NCBI GenBank assembly: GCA_049199595.1
Contig: JBMCYV010000005.1
Span: 995-64,994, forward strand
Reading direction: 5' to 3'
DNA length: 64,000 nt
DNA from: Candidatus Nitrosomirales archaeon
GTDB lineage: Archaea; Thermoproteota; Nitrososphaeria; Nitrososphaerales; UBA213
The position numbers and the translations under genes are program-made. How positions within the stretch are numbered: position 1 is the stretch's first letter; each line of letters opens with the position of its first letter. Below are positions 19,398 to 27,862 of the stretch, piece after piece. The notes beneath the pieces were generated by a model, which was not told the origin of the DNA, did no database searches, and worked only from the letters and a program-made list of their open reading frames with translations.

Positions 19398-20942
19398 CTA
19401 GATGTTATCGTTTTCGGATTCTTCTTGTTCCATCGCAGCCGCTGTGAGCAGTTCTTCAGGTAAAGCTGTCAGGTTCAGCCTATAATAGTCTAGTTTGTCT
19501 GGATCATACTTGCGAACCATATCTATCGGTTCACCTCTGGCTATCCTGTCTTCTATTACGTTGCGGTGTGCATACGCACTCAGAAATTTATATTGCTTCT
19601 TCTGAGCTTCACTCAGAAACTTCAGACGTAACTTATGGCCCCATTTTACTCCCCAGTACCCAGGTTGTATGCTCATAGCTTCGAGATAGATCGTGTTTCG
19701 CTTACCCATATTTTCATCATGTGTACCCTTCCGCAGTTTGTAGTCTTCAAGCGGTCCACCTTTCGCATATCCAACTACCGTACCATGATCGTTGTTGAGC
19801 CGCAATGTAACAAGCACTGTATCTTTGTTCGTAAGCGTTCTGACGAAGTTATTTTCTTCCACCCGTATAGGCGGCGGAAGTGCTCTGTATAGCCTCACCA
19901 ATGTTTCCCTAAGTGCCGAGTTCAGATCAATACGCATTTCTTCCACCACAGGAATAAGCACGAGTTGCTTTTTCAATAACATGCTCCTGATCTCCATCTC
20001 TTTATCCCAAGCTTCTTTGAATGCCGCAACATTGTCATGAAAACGCTTCCTATAATCTTCTGGAACTGCTTGCAGTACACGATCAACGATCTCCTTCTCT
20101 TCCTTAAGTATACTGAAGTACTTTACCGACTCGACGTTGATAACCGACGGATGCCATCCTAGTGCATGGGCATTGCGTTTCGCAAGTTCAGTCGATCTGG
20201 TAAAATCGCCCAAAGCATATCCAGCAACGCGTTCAGAGACTGACAAGAGCCATCCAAGATCTTCATAATGTCTTCGTGTGCTTATGTCGTGTTCAGGAAT
20301 GCCCGCACTTGTAAGCAACTCCTGAATTCTACGCATTGTTTTTTCCTTGATCTCACCTTGGAATGGATAGGCAGTGCGATGTATCAATGCCATCACAATA
20401 TCGATGCTGATCCCAACTTCTCTTATGAAATTCTCTATCCTAGGATCGTGCCTGAGAAACCATTCAATGGATTCCTCGTTAGGCTTGTCGAACTCCTTCA
20501 GTGGATCAAAGTCATGAAAGAGTGCCGATACGAAAAGATAGCTGATATCTTCATCGCTAAGTTCGCTATTTCTGAGTCCTTTTGCCACCAGCAAAGTAAA
20601 GTAAGTAGCTTCGAGTTCATGATCTATTGTATGATAACCATAGTAGTCATGTCCCAAACCCTTCTTTGAGAACTCCGACACCGCATGTCTCACAACTCTC
20701 CTGACCCAATTTTCCTGCAAATCCAACTCAGTTGCTAGTTTGATGATCTTGTCCTTCAGCACAGCTTCCTTCGCAACACCAAAGTTGTAGCTGAGCCACC
20801 ATGGAGCAAGCTTAATTCTCTGGTACAGCTCGTACCACCAAGGATTTGGCAATGCAAGAGGATTGATATTTGCAGATCGTCCATCTGTTTCTGTTTCATT
20901 ATGTGAAAACTTATCGTCAGCTGGCGAAGACATCACCTGCAC
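19398..20942 (-). CDS. hypothetical two-domain protein: N-terminal HD-type phosphohydrolase-like domain plus C-terminal GNAT-like domain
   Basis: H...HD pattern (GYHTIDHELEA ... VSALFHDFDP). The C-terminal ~150 aa look like an acetyltransferase fold (VVGYAKGG...IYLEAMSIQPGYWGVKWGHKLRLKFL). The domain calls are by eye only. Confidence 0.55.
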   Translation of the reverse strand: MQVMSSPADDKFSHNETETDGRSANINPLALPNPWWYELYQRIKLAPWWLSYNFGVAKEAVLKDKIIKLATELDLQENWVRRVVRHAVSEFSKKGLGHDYYGYHTIDHELEATYFTLLVAKGLRNSELSDEDISYLFVSALFHDFDPLKEFDKPNEESIEWFLRHDPRIENFIREVGISIDIVMALIHRTAYPFQGEIKEKTMRRIQELLTSAGIPEHDISTRRHYEDLGWLLSVSERVAGYALGDFTRSTELAKRNAHALGWHPSVINVESVKYFSILKEEKEIVDRVLQAVPEDYRKRFHDNVAAFKEAWDKEMEIRSMLLKKQLVLIPVVEEMRIDLNSALRETLVRLYRALPPPIRVEENNFVRTLTNKDTVLVTLRLNNDHGTVVGYAKGGPLEDYKLRKGTHDENMGKRNTIYLEAMSIQPGYWGVKWGHKLRLKFLSEAQKKQYKFLSAYAHRNVIEDRIARGEPIDMVRKYDPDKLDYYRLNLTALPEELLTAAAMEQEESENDNI

Positions 20943-20977
20943 TCAAATATGACAAATTCATCATCGAATCACCTATC

Positions 20978-21826
20978 TTATTTTAGCATGGTCAAGCGGA
21001 CCAGGTCTGCAAGATGTATCTTTGCGTTGCCGTTAGCAATAATACGCAACTCGTTCTTTGCCTTCTCGGTGTAATCAAGAAGCATGTTCCCCATCTTGTC
21101 AGTGAAGTCCTTTGAATGGCCGTTATTTTTCAGCAATGTATTGAACAACCTATCTTCGTTGTTCCAATCTGCAAGATCGTCGTGTATCTGGTACGCTATC
21201 CCGATGAATCTACCAAAGTTCGTAAGTGCATTGATCTGTTCATCATTACCCCCACCGATTATAGCACCTATCTTTGACGATGCCTCGAAGATAGCTGCCG
21301 TCTTGTAGGTAAGCACGTTGATGTAATCGTCAAGCTGCACTTCCTGTTCGGAAGCAAGTCTAACTTCAAGCATCTCCCCCTCGCTCATCTTTAACGCTGC
21401 ATTCGCCAGCTCGTTTGCCATCCTAGGATCCTTTAGTTTCGATGCAATGTTAAGTATCATACCTAGCACAAAGTCTGCAGTAAGTATGGACATGTTGTAG
21501 CCGTATTTTATGTGAAAAGATGTTTTGCCTCTTCGCTCCTTCTCTTCATCAACGATATCGTCATGTATTATCGATTCTGTATGCAGTAATTCAATTGCGG
21601 ATGCAGCCAGATACGCATCATCGCTACACCTGCCAACACTTTCAGCAGAAAGAACCAATATGAGGGGTCTGATCCTCTTACCACCATCGCAAGCGTACTT
21701 CAAAGGCGCGTAAAACTCAGACCACGAATAAAGGTTCAGTTCGCGCTTTATCGCTTCCTCGATCTTCGCGAGGTGATCTCCAAAGGATTCTTGCAGAGGA
21801 TTGACATTACTTACTCTCCTGTTCAC
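20978..21826 (-). CDS. polyprenyl (geranylgeranyl) diphosphate synthase
   Basis: First Asp-rich motif is LLHTESIIHDDIVDEEKERRGK. Second Asp-rich motif is GIAYQIHDDLADW. Confidence 0.85.
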   Translation of the reverse strand: MNRRVSNVNPLQESFGDHLAKIEEAIKRELNLYSWSEFYAPLKYACDGGKRIRPLILVLSAESVGRCSDDAYLAASAIELLHTESIIHDDIVDEEKERRGKTSFHIKYGYNMSILTADFVLGMILNIASKLKDPRMANELANAALKMSEGEMLEVRLASEQEVQLDDYINVLTYKTAAIFEASSKIGAIIGGGNDEQINALTNFGRFIGIAYQIHDDLADWNNEDRLFNTLLKNNGHSKDFTDKMGNMLLDYTEKAKNELRIIANGNAKIHLADLVRLTMLK

Positions 21827-21912
21827 TACCCAGCACTAAGAGCATAGTCATCAACATATTATTAATGCCTTTTCCCAATTCAAAGGGCAAGCAATAGTAA
21901 GTTAAGTTGGTG

Positions 21913-22020
21913 TGCTCCGGGCGGGATTTTCACCTTGAAGGATTTGAACCCGCGATCAGCGACTCGAAAGGCCGCTATGCTTGACCGGGATGTGCAGTTT
22001 TGCTTCTACACCACCGGAGC
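21913..22020 (-). tRNA. tRNA-Glu (anticodon TTC) with two putative non-canonical introns (D-loop and T-loop)
   Basis: The minus strand reads GCTCCGG TG GTGTAG [AAGCAAAACTGCACA] TCCCGGTCAAGCAT A GCGGC CTTTCGA GTCGC TGATC GCGGG TTCAAAT [CCTTCAAGGTGAAAAT] CCCGC CCGGAGC A. Removing about 15 nt (about 21991-22005) and about 16 nt (about 21926-21941) gives a perfect 77-nt cloverleaf. The anticodon is at 21966-21968. Confidence 0.75.
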
Positions 22021-22101
22021 ACATTCATGCGTCATACCCTGTTGCAATAAAATCTTTTGCCAGCACAAGATTTTTTTATAGGATGATTGGCATGATAATT
22101 C

Positions 22102-22737
22102 ATGTATCTAGTGAAAAGAATCGATCAGGAGATAGAGAAACGAAGTCTCCTAAAGCATCCGTTTTACCAGATGTGGTCTGAAGGTAAACTAGACTTGGAA
22201 GCACTCCAAGGTTATGCGAAGGAGTATTTCCATCTAGTGAAGGCGGTGCCAAGCATGGTCGAAAAACTAGCTACCCATGATAGCAATGAGAACATTATGA
22301 CGAACTTGCAAGAGGAGCGAGAACATATTGAACCTTGGGTCAAGTTTGCAGGTGCGGTAGGCGTGAGTAGAAGGGAGCTGGAGGAGTATGAAGTTGCCCA
22401 GAAGACAAGGGATTCTGTGAACAGGTTGCTTGAACTTGCTTCAGTGTTTGATGAGGGTGTTGCTGCAATGTATGCCTATGAAGCGGAGATACCCAAGATA
22501 AGCCAGACCAAGCTTGAAGGTCTTGCGAAGTATTACAACATTACAAGTGATGATGCTACAGAATATCAGAGGATACATGCAACTGTTGATGTGAAGCACG
22601 CAGCTGTGTGGCGAAATATACTTGAACAATTACAAAGCATCAGACATGAAGATGTATTCAAGGCTTCTGTCTCATCACTAGTTGCACAGAACATGCTTTT
22701 GGATGCTGTTTGCGAAAAATATGTTAGAAGCATGTAG
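22102..22737 (+). CDS. CADD/PqqC/TenA-superfamily heme-oxygenase-like di-metal oxygenase (candidate p-aminobenzoate synthase)
   Basis: Blocks match my recollection of the chlamydial CADD (CT610) family: KHPFYQMWSEGKLDLEALQGYAKEYFHLVKAVP, EEREHIEPWVKFAGAVGVSRRELEEYE, AAMYAYEAEIPKISQTKLEGLAKYY, HATVDVKHA. Confidence 0.75.
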   Translation: MYLVKRIDQEIEKRSLLKHPFYQMWSEGKLDLEALQGYAKEYFHLVKAVPSMVEKLATHDSNENIMTNLQEEREHIEPWVKFAGAVGVSRRELEEYEVAQKTRDSVNRLLELASVFDEGVAAMYAYEAEIPKISQTKLEGLAKYYNITSDDATEYQRIHATVDVKHAAVWRNILEQLQSIRHEDVFKASVSSLVAQNMLLDAVCEKYVRSM

Positions 22738-22776
22738 TTTGCAAAACCTTTATACTTAATTTATTGAATGCATTTG

Positions 22777-22863
22777 GGGCCCGTAGCTTAGTCTGGCAGA
22801 GCGACCGGCTCATAATAATTATGAGAAACCGGTAGGTCAAGGGTTCAAACCCCTTCGGGCCCA
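22777..22863 (+). tRNA. tRNA with anticodon CAT (elongator Met or Ile2) carrying a 13-nt canonical intron
   Basis: Acceptor GGGCCCG/CGGGCCC. Anticodon stem ACCGG/CCGGT, anticodon at 22811-22813. The intron ATAATTATGAGAA (22815-22827) follows position 37 and pairs with the anticodon loop (CTCATAA/TTATGAG). T arm is AAGGG-TTCAAAC-CCCTT. It is not initiator-like, because it lacks A1:U72 and the 3xGC anticodon stem. Confidence 0.85.
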
Positions 22864-22925
22864 TCCCTGATCTCTTTCACAGTTCTCTAACCAGTCTTCG
22901 TATAAGAAAACTATTAACCATTTGA

Positions 22926-24068
22926 TTAGATCCTAACTTTTATCCTCGAACCTGTGGCTCCGTCTATACGTTCAGTAATGCTATTCAATTCAGAACTTAT
23001 CGTAGATTTCGCATGCTCCACATTTTCCGCATAGTCATTTAGGAATGATTCCTTTTGCGCTACATCACCTCGGTTCCGCTCAAGCTCACTACGAAGCTTA
23101 TCCAACTCCGTATCTATGGGTGATGTCTTTGCGATTAAGGCTTGCATCTTTGCGTAATGAACCTTGTACACATCTATGTACTGTTGCATGTTAGTTATTA
23201 GCGCACTCATGTTTTCCATATCTTTCTCGGGATTCTTTACGACTATCTTGTTCTGTCTAACGGCTTCCTTGACTTTATTTATAACTTCGATCAGATTCTC
23301 CACTTTTGCATCTTGAACTAGCCGTAAAGGATCTTCCATAACCGATTGAACGAGATAGCTGCTCTCCTTATCCAACCCAACTTCATACGTGTATTTGTTC
23401 AGCGGTCTAGCGATTCGTGAAAACGCAGCATTAATCTCTGACAGAACACTTTCAGCATCTTTCTTAACTTTTGCGAGCTCTTCCACATCTAATTTGTACG
23501 TGGCAAAACTTTCCGTGTTTTGCAAGTCATTAATCCTCTTAACGAGTTCAGCTTCCTTTGCTTTCAGCGCCTTCAGTTCATTCTTTGTCTCCTCGCTCTT
23601 CCATGCCAGCTCGCTGCTCTCCTTCATTGCTGTAGAGATCTTGGATATACTTGCACTACATTCAGACAAGGAAGATGTTTTTTCTTTATATCCTTCGATT
23701 ATCTCGTTGAGATGTTTGACCTCCTTGTTCAACAATCCTAGCTGAAACTTTAGCACCTTGGAATGTTTTCCGAAAAAATTATGAATCACACGTCTGTGTG
23801 AACCGCTAGTATCACCAAGCCTATTCAAGAGCCTGTTTGCTCTTTCACGCAAAATTAGAACATCATCAAAGTTCTTGATTTCCGGTAACTCTTCAGAAGT
23901 TTCCTTTTGAATTGCCACAAGAAGCGTTTGCTTTGCACCATTGATTACCGGAAGATACTGCTCAGCAACCTTTTCTGTGCTTATCTCAACCTTCCTGAGC
24001 TCCTCACCAAGGGCCTTGATAGAATTAATTATGATCTGTACTCCATTTCTGTTCTGGTTCAGCTCCAA
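22926..24068 (-). CDS. coiled-coil hypothetical protein (the N-terminus may extend upstream)
   Basis: 380 aa, almost entirely heptad-like and charged. The listed start is TTG. The 46 in-frame codons upstream are open and coding-like. Confidence 0.55.
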   Translation of the reverse strand: MELNQNRNGVQIIINSIKALGEELRKVEISTEKVAEQYLPVINGAKQTLLVAIQKETSEELPEIKNFDDVLILRERANRLLNRLGDTSGSHRRVIHNFFGKHSKVLKFQLGLLNKEVKHLNEIIEGYKEKTSSLSECSASISKISTAMKESSELAWKSEETKNELKALKAKEAELVKRINDLQNTESFATYKLDVEELAKVKKDAESVLSEINAAFSRIARPLNKYTYEVGLDKESSYLVQSVMEDPLRLVQDAKVENLIEVINKVKEAVRQNKIVVKNPEKDMENMSALITNMQQYIDVYKVHYAKMQALIAKTSPIDTELDKLRSELERNRGDVAQKESFLNDYAENVEHAKSTISSELNSITERIDGATGSRIKVRI

Positions 24069-24331
24069 CTTGATAACCTCCAGTTCTGAGTCAGTTTTAG
24101 ATTTTATCCACTTTTCCAGATCTGCAAAAGCGATTACGCTTGCTTCTTGCTTTACTTGCGCTCCGTTCTCCCTCTCCCCTTTCTTCTTTCTGAAAAGTAT
24201 GATCTCCTACCACCCAAACTAATATGTAGGTTAATACCTAAAATTCTTGCTATTATTTGTAGTGATCTGCGTGGTTGGGGTTAAATCATGATACTCGTGT
24301 ATAGACGGCCCTGCAAGAGGGGTGGAGCGCT

Positions 24332-24697
24332 ATGAAGCATGTAATCTACACTGACGGTGCATCAAAGAAGGAGGGGAACTTTATTGCTTGGGTGGATGAT
24401 ACGACAAACGAAGAATTTTCAGGCAGAAGCCAAGGCAAAGACATCTTCCGATGTGAATACCTTGCCATACTACATGCATTACAAAATAACAAGACTTTGA
24501 AATCTGGGGATGAGATCGAGATAAGGTGCGACAACGAAGCAGTTGTCAAGCAGCTGAAAGGTGAATATAACATGAATGAAGAAGATATTAGAACATACGC
24601 TCTTTCAATTCGCAATATTGCCAAGAATTATGCCAATGCAAGTTATGTGTGGATCCCCACAAAAGAAAACAAGGCTGGAAGGATTTTAGGCAAGTAA
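24332..24697 (+). CDS. small RNase H-like (type 1) protein
   Basis: 121 aa with VIYTDGAS (Asp), CEYLAILHAL (Glu) and IRCDNEAVV (Asp) in RNase HI order. I could not locate the fourth acidic residue. Confidence 0.6.
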   Translation: MKHVIYTDGASKKEGNFIAWVDDTTNEEFSGRSQGKDIFRCEYLAILHALQNNKTLKSGDEIEIRCDNEAVVKQLKGEYNMNEEDIRTYALSIRNIAKNYANASYVWIPTKENKAGRILGK

Positions 24698-24770
24698 AAC
24701 GTCGGTTGCATGTAGTTCTCAGCTTAAAGGTTCAGAATATTAAAATAATTAACACGTATTTGTGATCTAG

Positions 24771-24843
24771 GCAGCGGTGAAGAATCAGAGTTACCCTGAT
24801 CTGTGATGTTAAGGTATGATGTTAAGGCATTAGACTGAGCTGC
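24771..24843 (+). ncRNA. candidate C/D box sRNA (2'-O-methylation guide)
   Basis: Terminal stem GCAGC (24771-75) / GCTGC (24839-43). C box GTGAAGA (24777-83), 12-nt guide, D' CTGA (24796-99). C' ATGATGT (24816-22), 12-nt guide, D CTGA (24835-38). An A/T box ttaaaataatt lies about 25 nt upstream. The locus is intergenic. Confidence 0.55.
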
Positions 24844-24877
24844 CTTCCTTCGTAAGGTTTATCTAATGTAAAATAAC

Positions 24878-25465
24878 TTGATAGATAGCGTTATGCTGAG
24901 TCCGAAGGTATCACATGCCATAAAAGACGTTGTTATTGTGGTCATTGGTGTTCTCGCTGTTTGGATGGGTTTGCGAGTTGCGTTTGCAACAGACAATCCG
25001 TTTTACGTTGTCTCCAGCGGGAGCATGGAACCTGTCTTGAATGTCTACGATGTCTTGATAGTTAGAGACGGTTCCACGTTTGAAAAGGTAGAACGCGGGG
25101 ACATCATTGTCTTCAACAGACCAGAAATTCACGACAGGGTCATAGTGCATAGGGTTGTGGATATCGCGGAGAGCAGTGACAGAGTTATTACAACAAAAGG
25201 AGATGCAAATCCCGCATCTATACCAGGGACGGATTATCCAATTAAGAAGAAGGACTACATAGGCGAAGTTGTTTACGTCATACCGAAGATCGGTTATGTA
25301 ACCAGACTGATCAATCCTCCAGTCAATTACATAATCATTGCAATAATACTTGCAGTACTATTCTTCAACAGGGCAGGTACAAGGAAACCAAAGACTGAAT
25401 CTGGATCAGATGCACCACCTTCTGATGGAAGCACAGCTCCACCTGGTCCTCCCGGACCTGTCTAA
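24878..25465 (+). CDS. archaeal signal peptidase I (S26B/Sec11-like) with a Pro-rich C-terminal tail
   Basis: TTG start and an N-terminal TM segment. Catalytic Ser box VVSSGSMEPVL and His box VIVHRVVD, then TKGDAN. A second TM segment is followed by the tail SDAPPSDGSTAPPGPPGPV. Confidence 0.8.
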   Translation: MIDSVMLSPKVSHAIKDVVIVVIGVLAVWMGLRVAFATDNPFYVVSSGSMEPVLNVYDVLIVRDGSTFEKVERGDIIVFNRPEIHDRVIVHRVVDIAESSDRVITTKGDANPASIPGTDYPIKKKDYIGEVVYVIPKIGYVTRLINPPVNYIIIAIILAVLFFNRAGTRKPKTESGSDAPPSDGSTAPPGPPGPV

Positions 25466-25502
25466 TTGATATATATATACCCCCTTTATAAGGGAAGCAA
25501 GA

Positions 25503-26066
25503 ATGCCACAGACCAAACCCATTGTCAGCATTGAAAATGTTGTAGCTTCTGCAACTGTGAATCAGACAGTAAATTTGAACCTTATAACGCAGATCTTTCC
25601 CGATGTGGAATACCATCCGGATCAGTTTCCGGGTTTAGTTTTCAGGTTAAAGTCACCCAAGACTGCAACCTTGATCTTCAGCTCTGGCAAGATGGTCTGT
25701 ACGGGGGCAAAGTCCGAGGAGCAGGCCATAAAAGCGGTAAAGAGCGTTGTAATAAAACTGAAGAAAGGAGGAATAGAGATAGAGAGCGAGCCCTCGATCG
25801 AAATTCAGAATATCGTAGCTTCTGCAAGTCTGGGGGGAAAGATACACCTAGAAATGGCTGCAAGAGTGCTGCCCAGAAGCATGTATGAGCCAGAACAGTT
25901 CCCTGGCTTGATACACAGGATGCTCGACCCGAAGACAGTCATACTGTTGTTTGCTAGCGGGAAACTTGTCTGCACCGGAGCAAAGAAGGAGAGCGAGGTT
26001 TACAGGGCAGTGGGCAATTTACATGTACTGCTGGAAGAGAAGACGCTGATGATATACGAGAGTTAG
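25503..26066 (+). CDS. tbp: TATA-box binding protein
   Basis: Two direct TBP repeats: IENVVASA...QFPGLVFRL...LIFSSGKMVCTGAKS and IQNIVASA...QFPGLIHRM...LLFASGKLVCTGAKK. Confidence 0.95.
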   Translation: MPQTKPIVSIENVVASATVNQTVNLNLITQIFPDVEYHPDQFPGLVFRLKSPKTATLIFSSGKMVCTGAKSEEQAIKAVKSVVIKLKKGGIEIESEPSIEIQNIVASASLGGKIHLEMAARVLPRSMYEPEQFPGLIHRMLDPKTVILLFASGKLVCTGAKKESEVYRAVGNLHVLLEEKTLMIYES

Positions 26067-26692
26067 GCCTTTCCTTTGAACTGCTTCTGAACGGCTTTTA
26101 AGACATTCTCTTCAAGCATCCCACTTTCGAACAACACGTTAGCGATCTCGCTTATCTTTGCCACGGAGAGCAGCTTCACGTCCTGTCCTTTCAAGGTCTC
26201 CTTTGCTCCTTCCAGCCTGTCTATAAGGACCAGCGCATGCTCAACCACGCCGCCGTTGCTCCTTATAGCTTCCACACCCTCTATGATTGACTTTCCAGTA
26301 GTGGCAACGTCATCTATCATCATCACCTTAGCACCTGAAGCAAGATAGCCTTCAATCATCTTGCTTGTTCCGTGCTCCTTTGCCTCCTTCCTCACGTACA
26401 CAAATGGCCTGCCAATTTCGTAGGAAAGCGCAGAAGCATACACCAGCCCAGAGGTAGGTACGGAGCATAAATAGTCCAGAGATTTCAATCCAACCTGCTT
26501 TTCTATGGTATTTCTGTAAGCACTGATGGCAAGTTTAAAGTACTGCGGAAAGCTGGGCAGGACCCTCAAGTCTATGTAATACGGGCTCTCCTTTCCGCTT
26601 GAAAGCTTGAAGACGCCAAACTTTAGGGCATTGCTCTTCACTAGGAAGGTTGCGAACTGTTTAACAAAGTCCACGATAAAGCTTACCAACAC
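26063..26692 (-). CDS. pyrE: orotate phosphoribosyltransferase
   Basis: FGVFKLSSGKESPYYIDLR and the PRPP-binding motif VMMIDDVATTGKSI. Confidence 0.8.
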   Translation of the reverse strand: MLVSFIVDFVKQFATFLVKSNALKFGVFKLSSGKESPYYIDLRVLPSFPQYFKLAISAYRNTIEKQVGLKSLDYLCSVPTSGLVYASALSYEIGRPFVYVRKEAKEHGTSKMIEGYLASGAKVMMIDDVATTGKSIIEGVEAIRSNGGVVEHALVLIDRLEGAKETLKGQDVKLLSVAKISEIANVLFESGMLEENVLKAVQKQFKGKA

Positions 26693-26722
26693 ACATTTAT
26701 TTTAATTATATTATGCGCAGGT

Positions 26723-27817
26723 ATGCCAGAGATATGGCTCAAGTACGGTAGTACGGAAGTTGTTCTGGATATAAAGGCAGAAAACCTCCTTGACTATGTT
26801 ACGGAAGAGATCGAGCATCTGAGCGAGGAGCAGATCAGTTCCAAGCTGGAAGCAATTACTGCAAAGAATGATACACAGATAGTTGTGCTTGATACGTCGC
26901 AATATGTGGCAAAACTTGCTTCTATGCTCGCTGACATCTTAATGAAGAAGGATACAGCGGTTAGCATGTGTGTTCCGTCTGATGTGTTCAACGCATATCG
27001 AAACACTTACCAGGACAAAGGCATAGGTGTAAACGAGCTACCAGACGATCCTTCAAAACTCTCCAATAATCCTATATTCTTGTCGCAAACATCGTTCGAT
27101 CCGTTATTCGGTTACTCTGGTACACCTACCCACTTGTTGCGAAATTTTGGAAAGGAGGAGATGTTCGAGGCGTACAAGGCAAGAAATGGCGATATGCCAA
27201 GCCCTGGCGCAGCAAACAATGCACTTTCTATAGCACAAAAATTTGCGGATAGGTTCGATGGAACCTCGATTGAAGCAATAATCGGTACCCGTGGGTTTGC
27301 AGATATTGTTGTAGATAAACCTGCAAAAGCGCATCAGGTTGCCATAGCCAAGCTCGAGTCATTTGGCAAGGTCGAGGTTGAAAAGGGCAAAGCTTCCATA
27401 ATAAGCTCAGGCAACGGCCGTTCCACTCTCTCAAACGCACTGAACTCGCTATGGAACTGCATAGATGCTGTGAAGGAAGATGGAAGCATCACGTTGCTTG
27501 CAGAGTGCAGAGACGGCTTTGGTTCAAGTGCGCTTGAGCGATTGGTGGAAGGCAAGATCGAGATTGAGGATGCTCACAATTTAGCGGAGTACGTCGATGG
27601 GCTTGAAAACCTGCTCTATCTGGACGGAGTCGGTGAAAAATATGAACTGGCGTTAATATCTACACTTCCAGATTATTATGCCAAGAACAGACTGGGTTTC
27701 AAAACATTTGGTAGGATAAAGGACGCCTTGCATCATATGTTGAATGCACATGGCCAAAGGCAAAAGGTTCTTGTTGTCTCTGATGCGAGCAAGATGTTGC
27801 TGAAACCTAAAGCATAA
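26723..27817 (+). CDS. LarA-like (DUF2088-type) protein, divergent
   Basis: By-eye similarity to my recollection of lactate racemase LarA. FLSQTSFDPLFGYSGTPTHLL compares with LISEGFIESHFFAGFSGGRKSVL. SIISSGNGRSTLSNALNSL...ITLLAECRDGFGSSALERL compares with IAISTNGGYPLDQNIYQAV...IIMVAGARDGHGGEGFYHNL. At 364 aa it is shorter than LarA. Confidence 0.45.
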   Translation: MPEIWLKYGSTEVVLDIKAENLLDYVTEEIEHLSEEQISSKLEAITAKNDTQIVVLDTSQYVAKLASMLADILMKKDTAVSMCVPSDVFNAYRNTYQDKGIGVNELPDDPSKLSNNPIFLSQTSFDPLFGYSGTPTHLLRNFGKEEMFEAYKARNGDMPSPGAANNALSIAQKFADRFDGTSIEAIIGTRGFADIVVDKPAKAHQVAIAKLESFGKVEVEKGKASIISSGNGRSTLSNALNSLWNCIDAVKEDGSITLLAECRDGFGSSALERLVEGKIEIEDAHNLAEYVDGLENLLYLDGVGEKYELALISTLPDYYAKNRLGFKTFGRIKDALHHMLNAHGQRQKVLVVSDASKMLLKPKA

Positions 27818-27862
27818 GCGTGAACAGATTTCATTAAGTTTCTAAAATACTATTCATCATAG

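Noticed and set aside
25466-25502. Resemblance of the TBP promoter (ccccctttataaggg) to the A/T box plus C-run of the repeat element.
   Set aside because: Only the generic TATA-like core is shared, and the flanks do not align.
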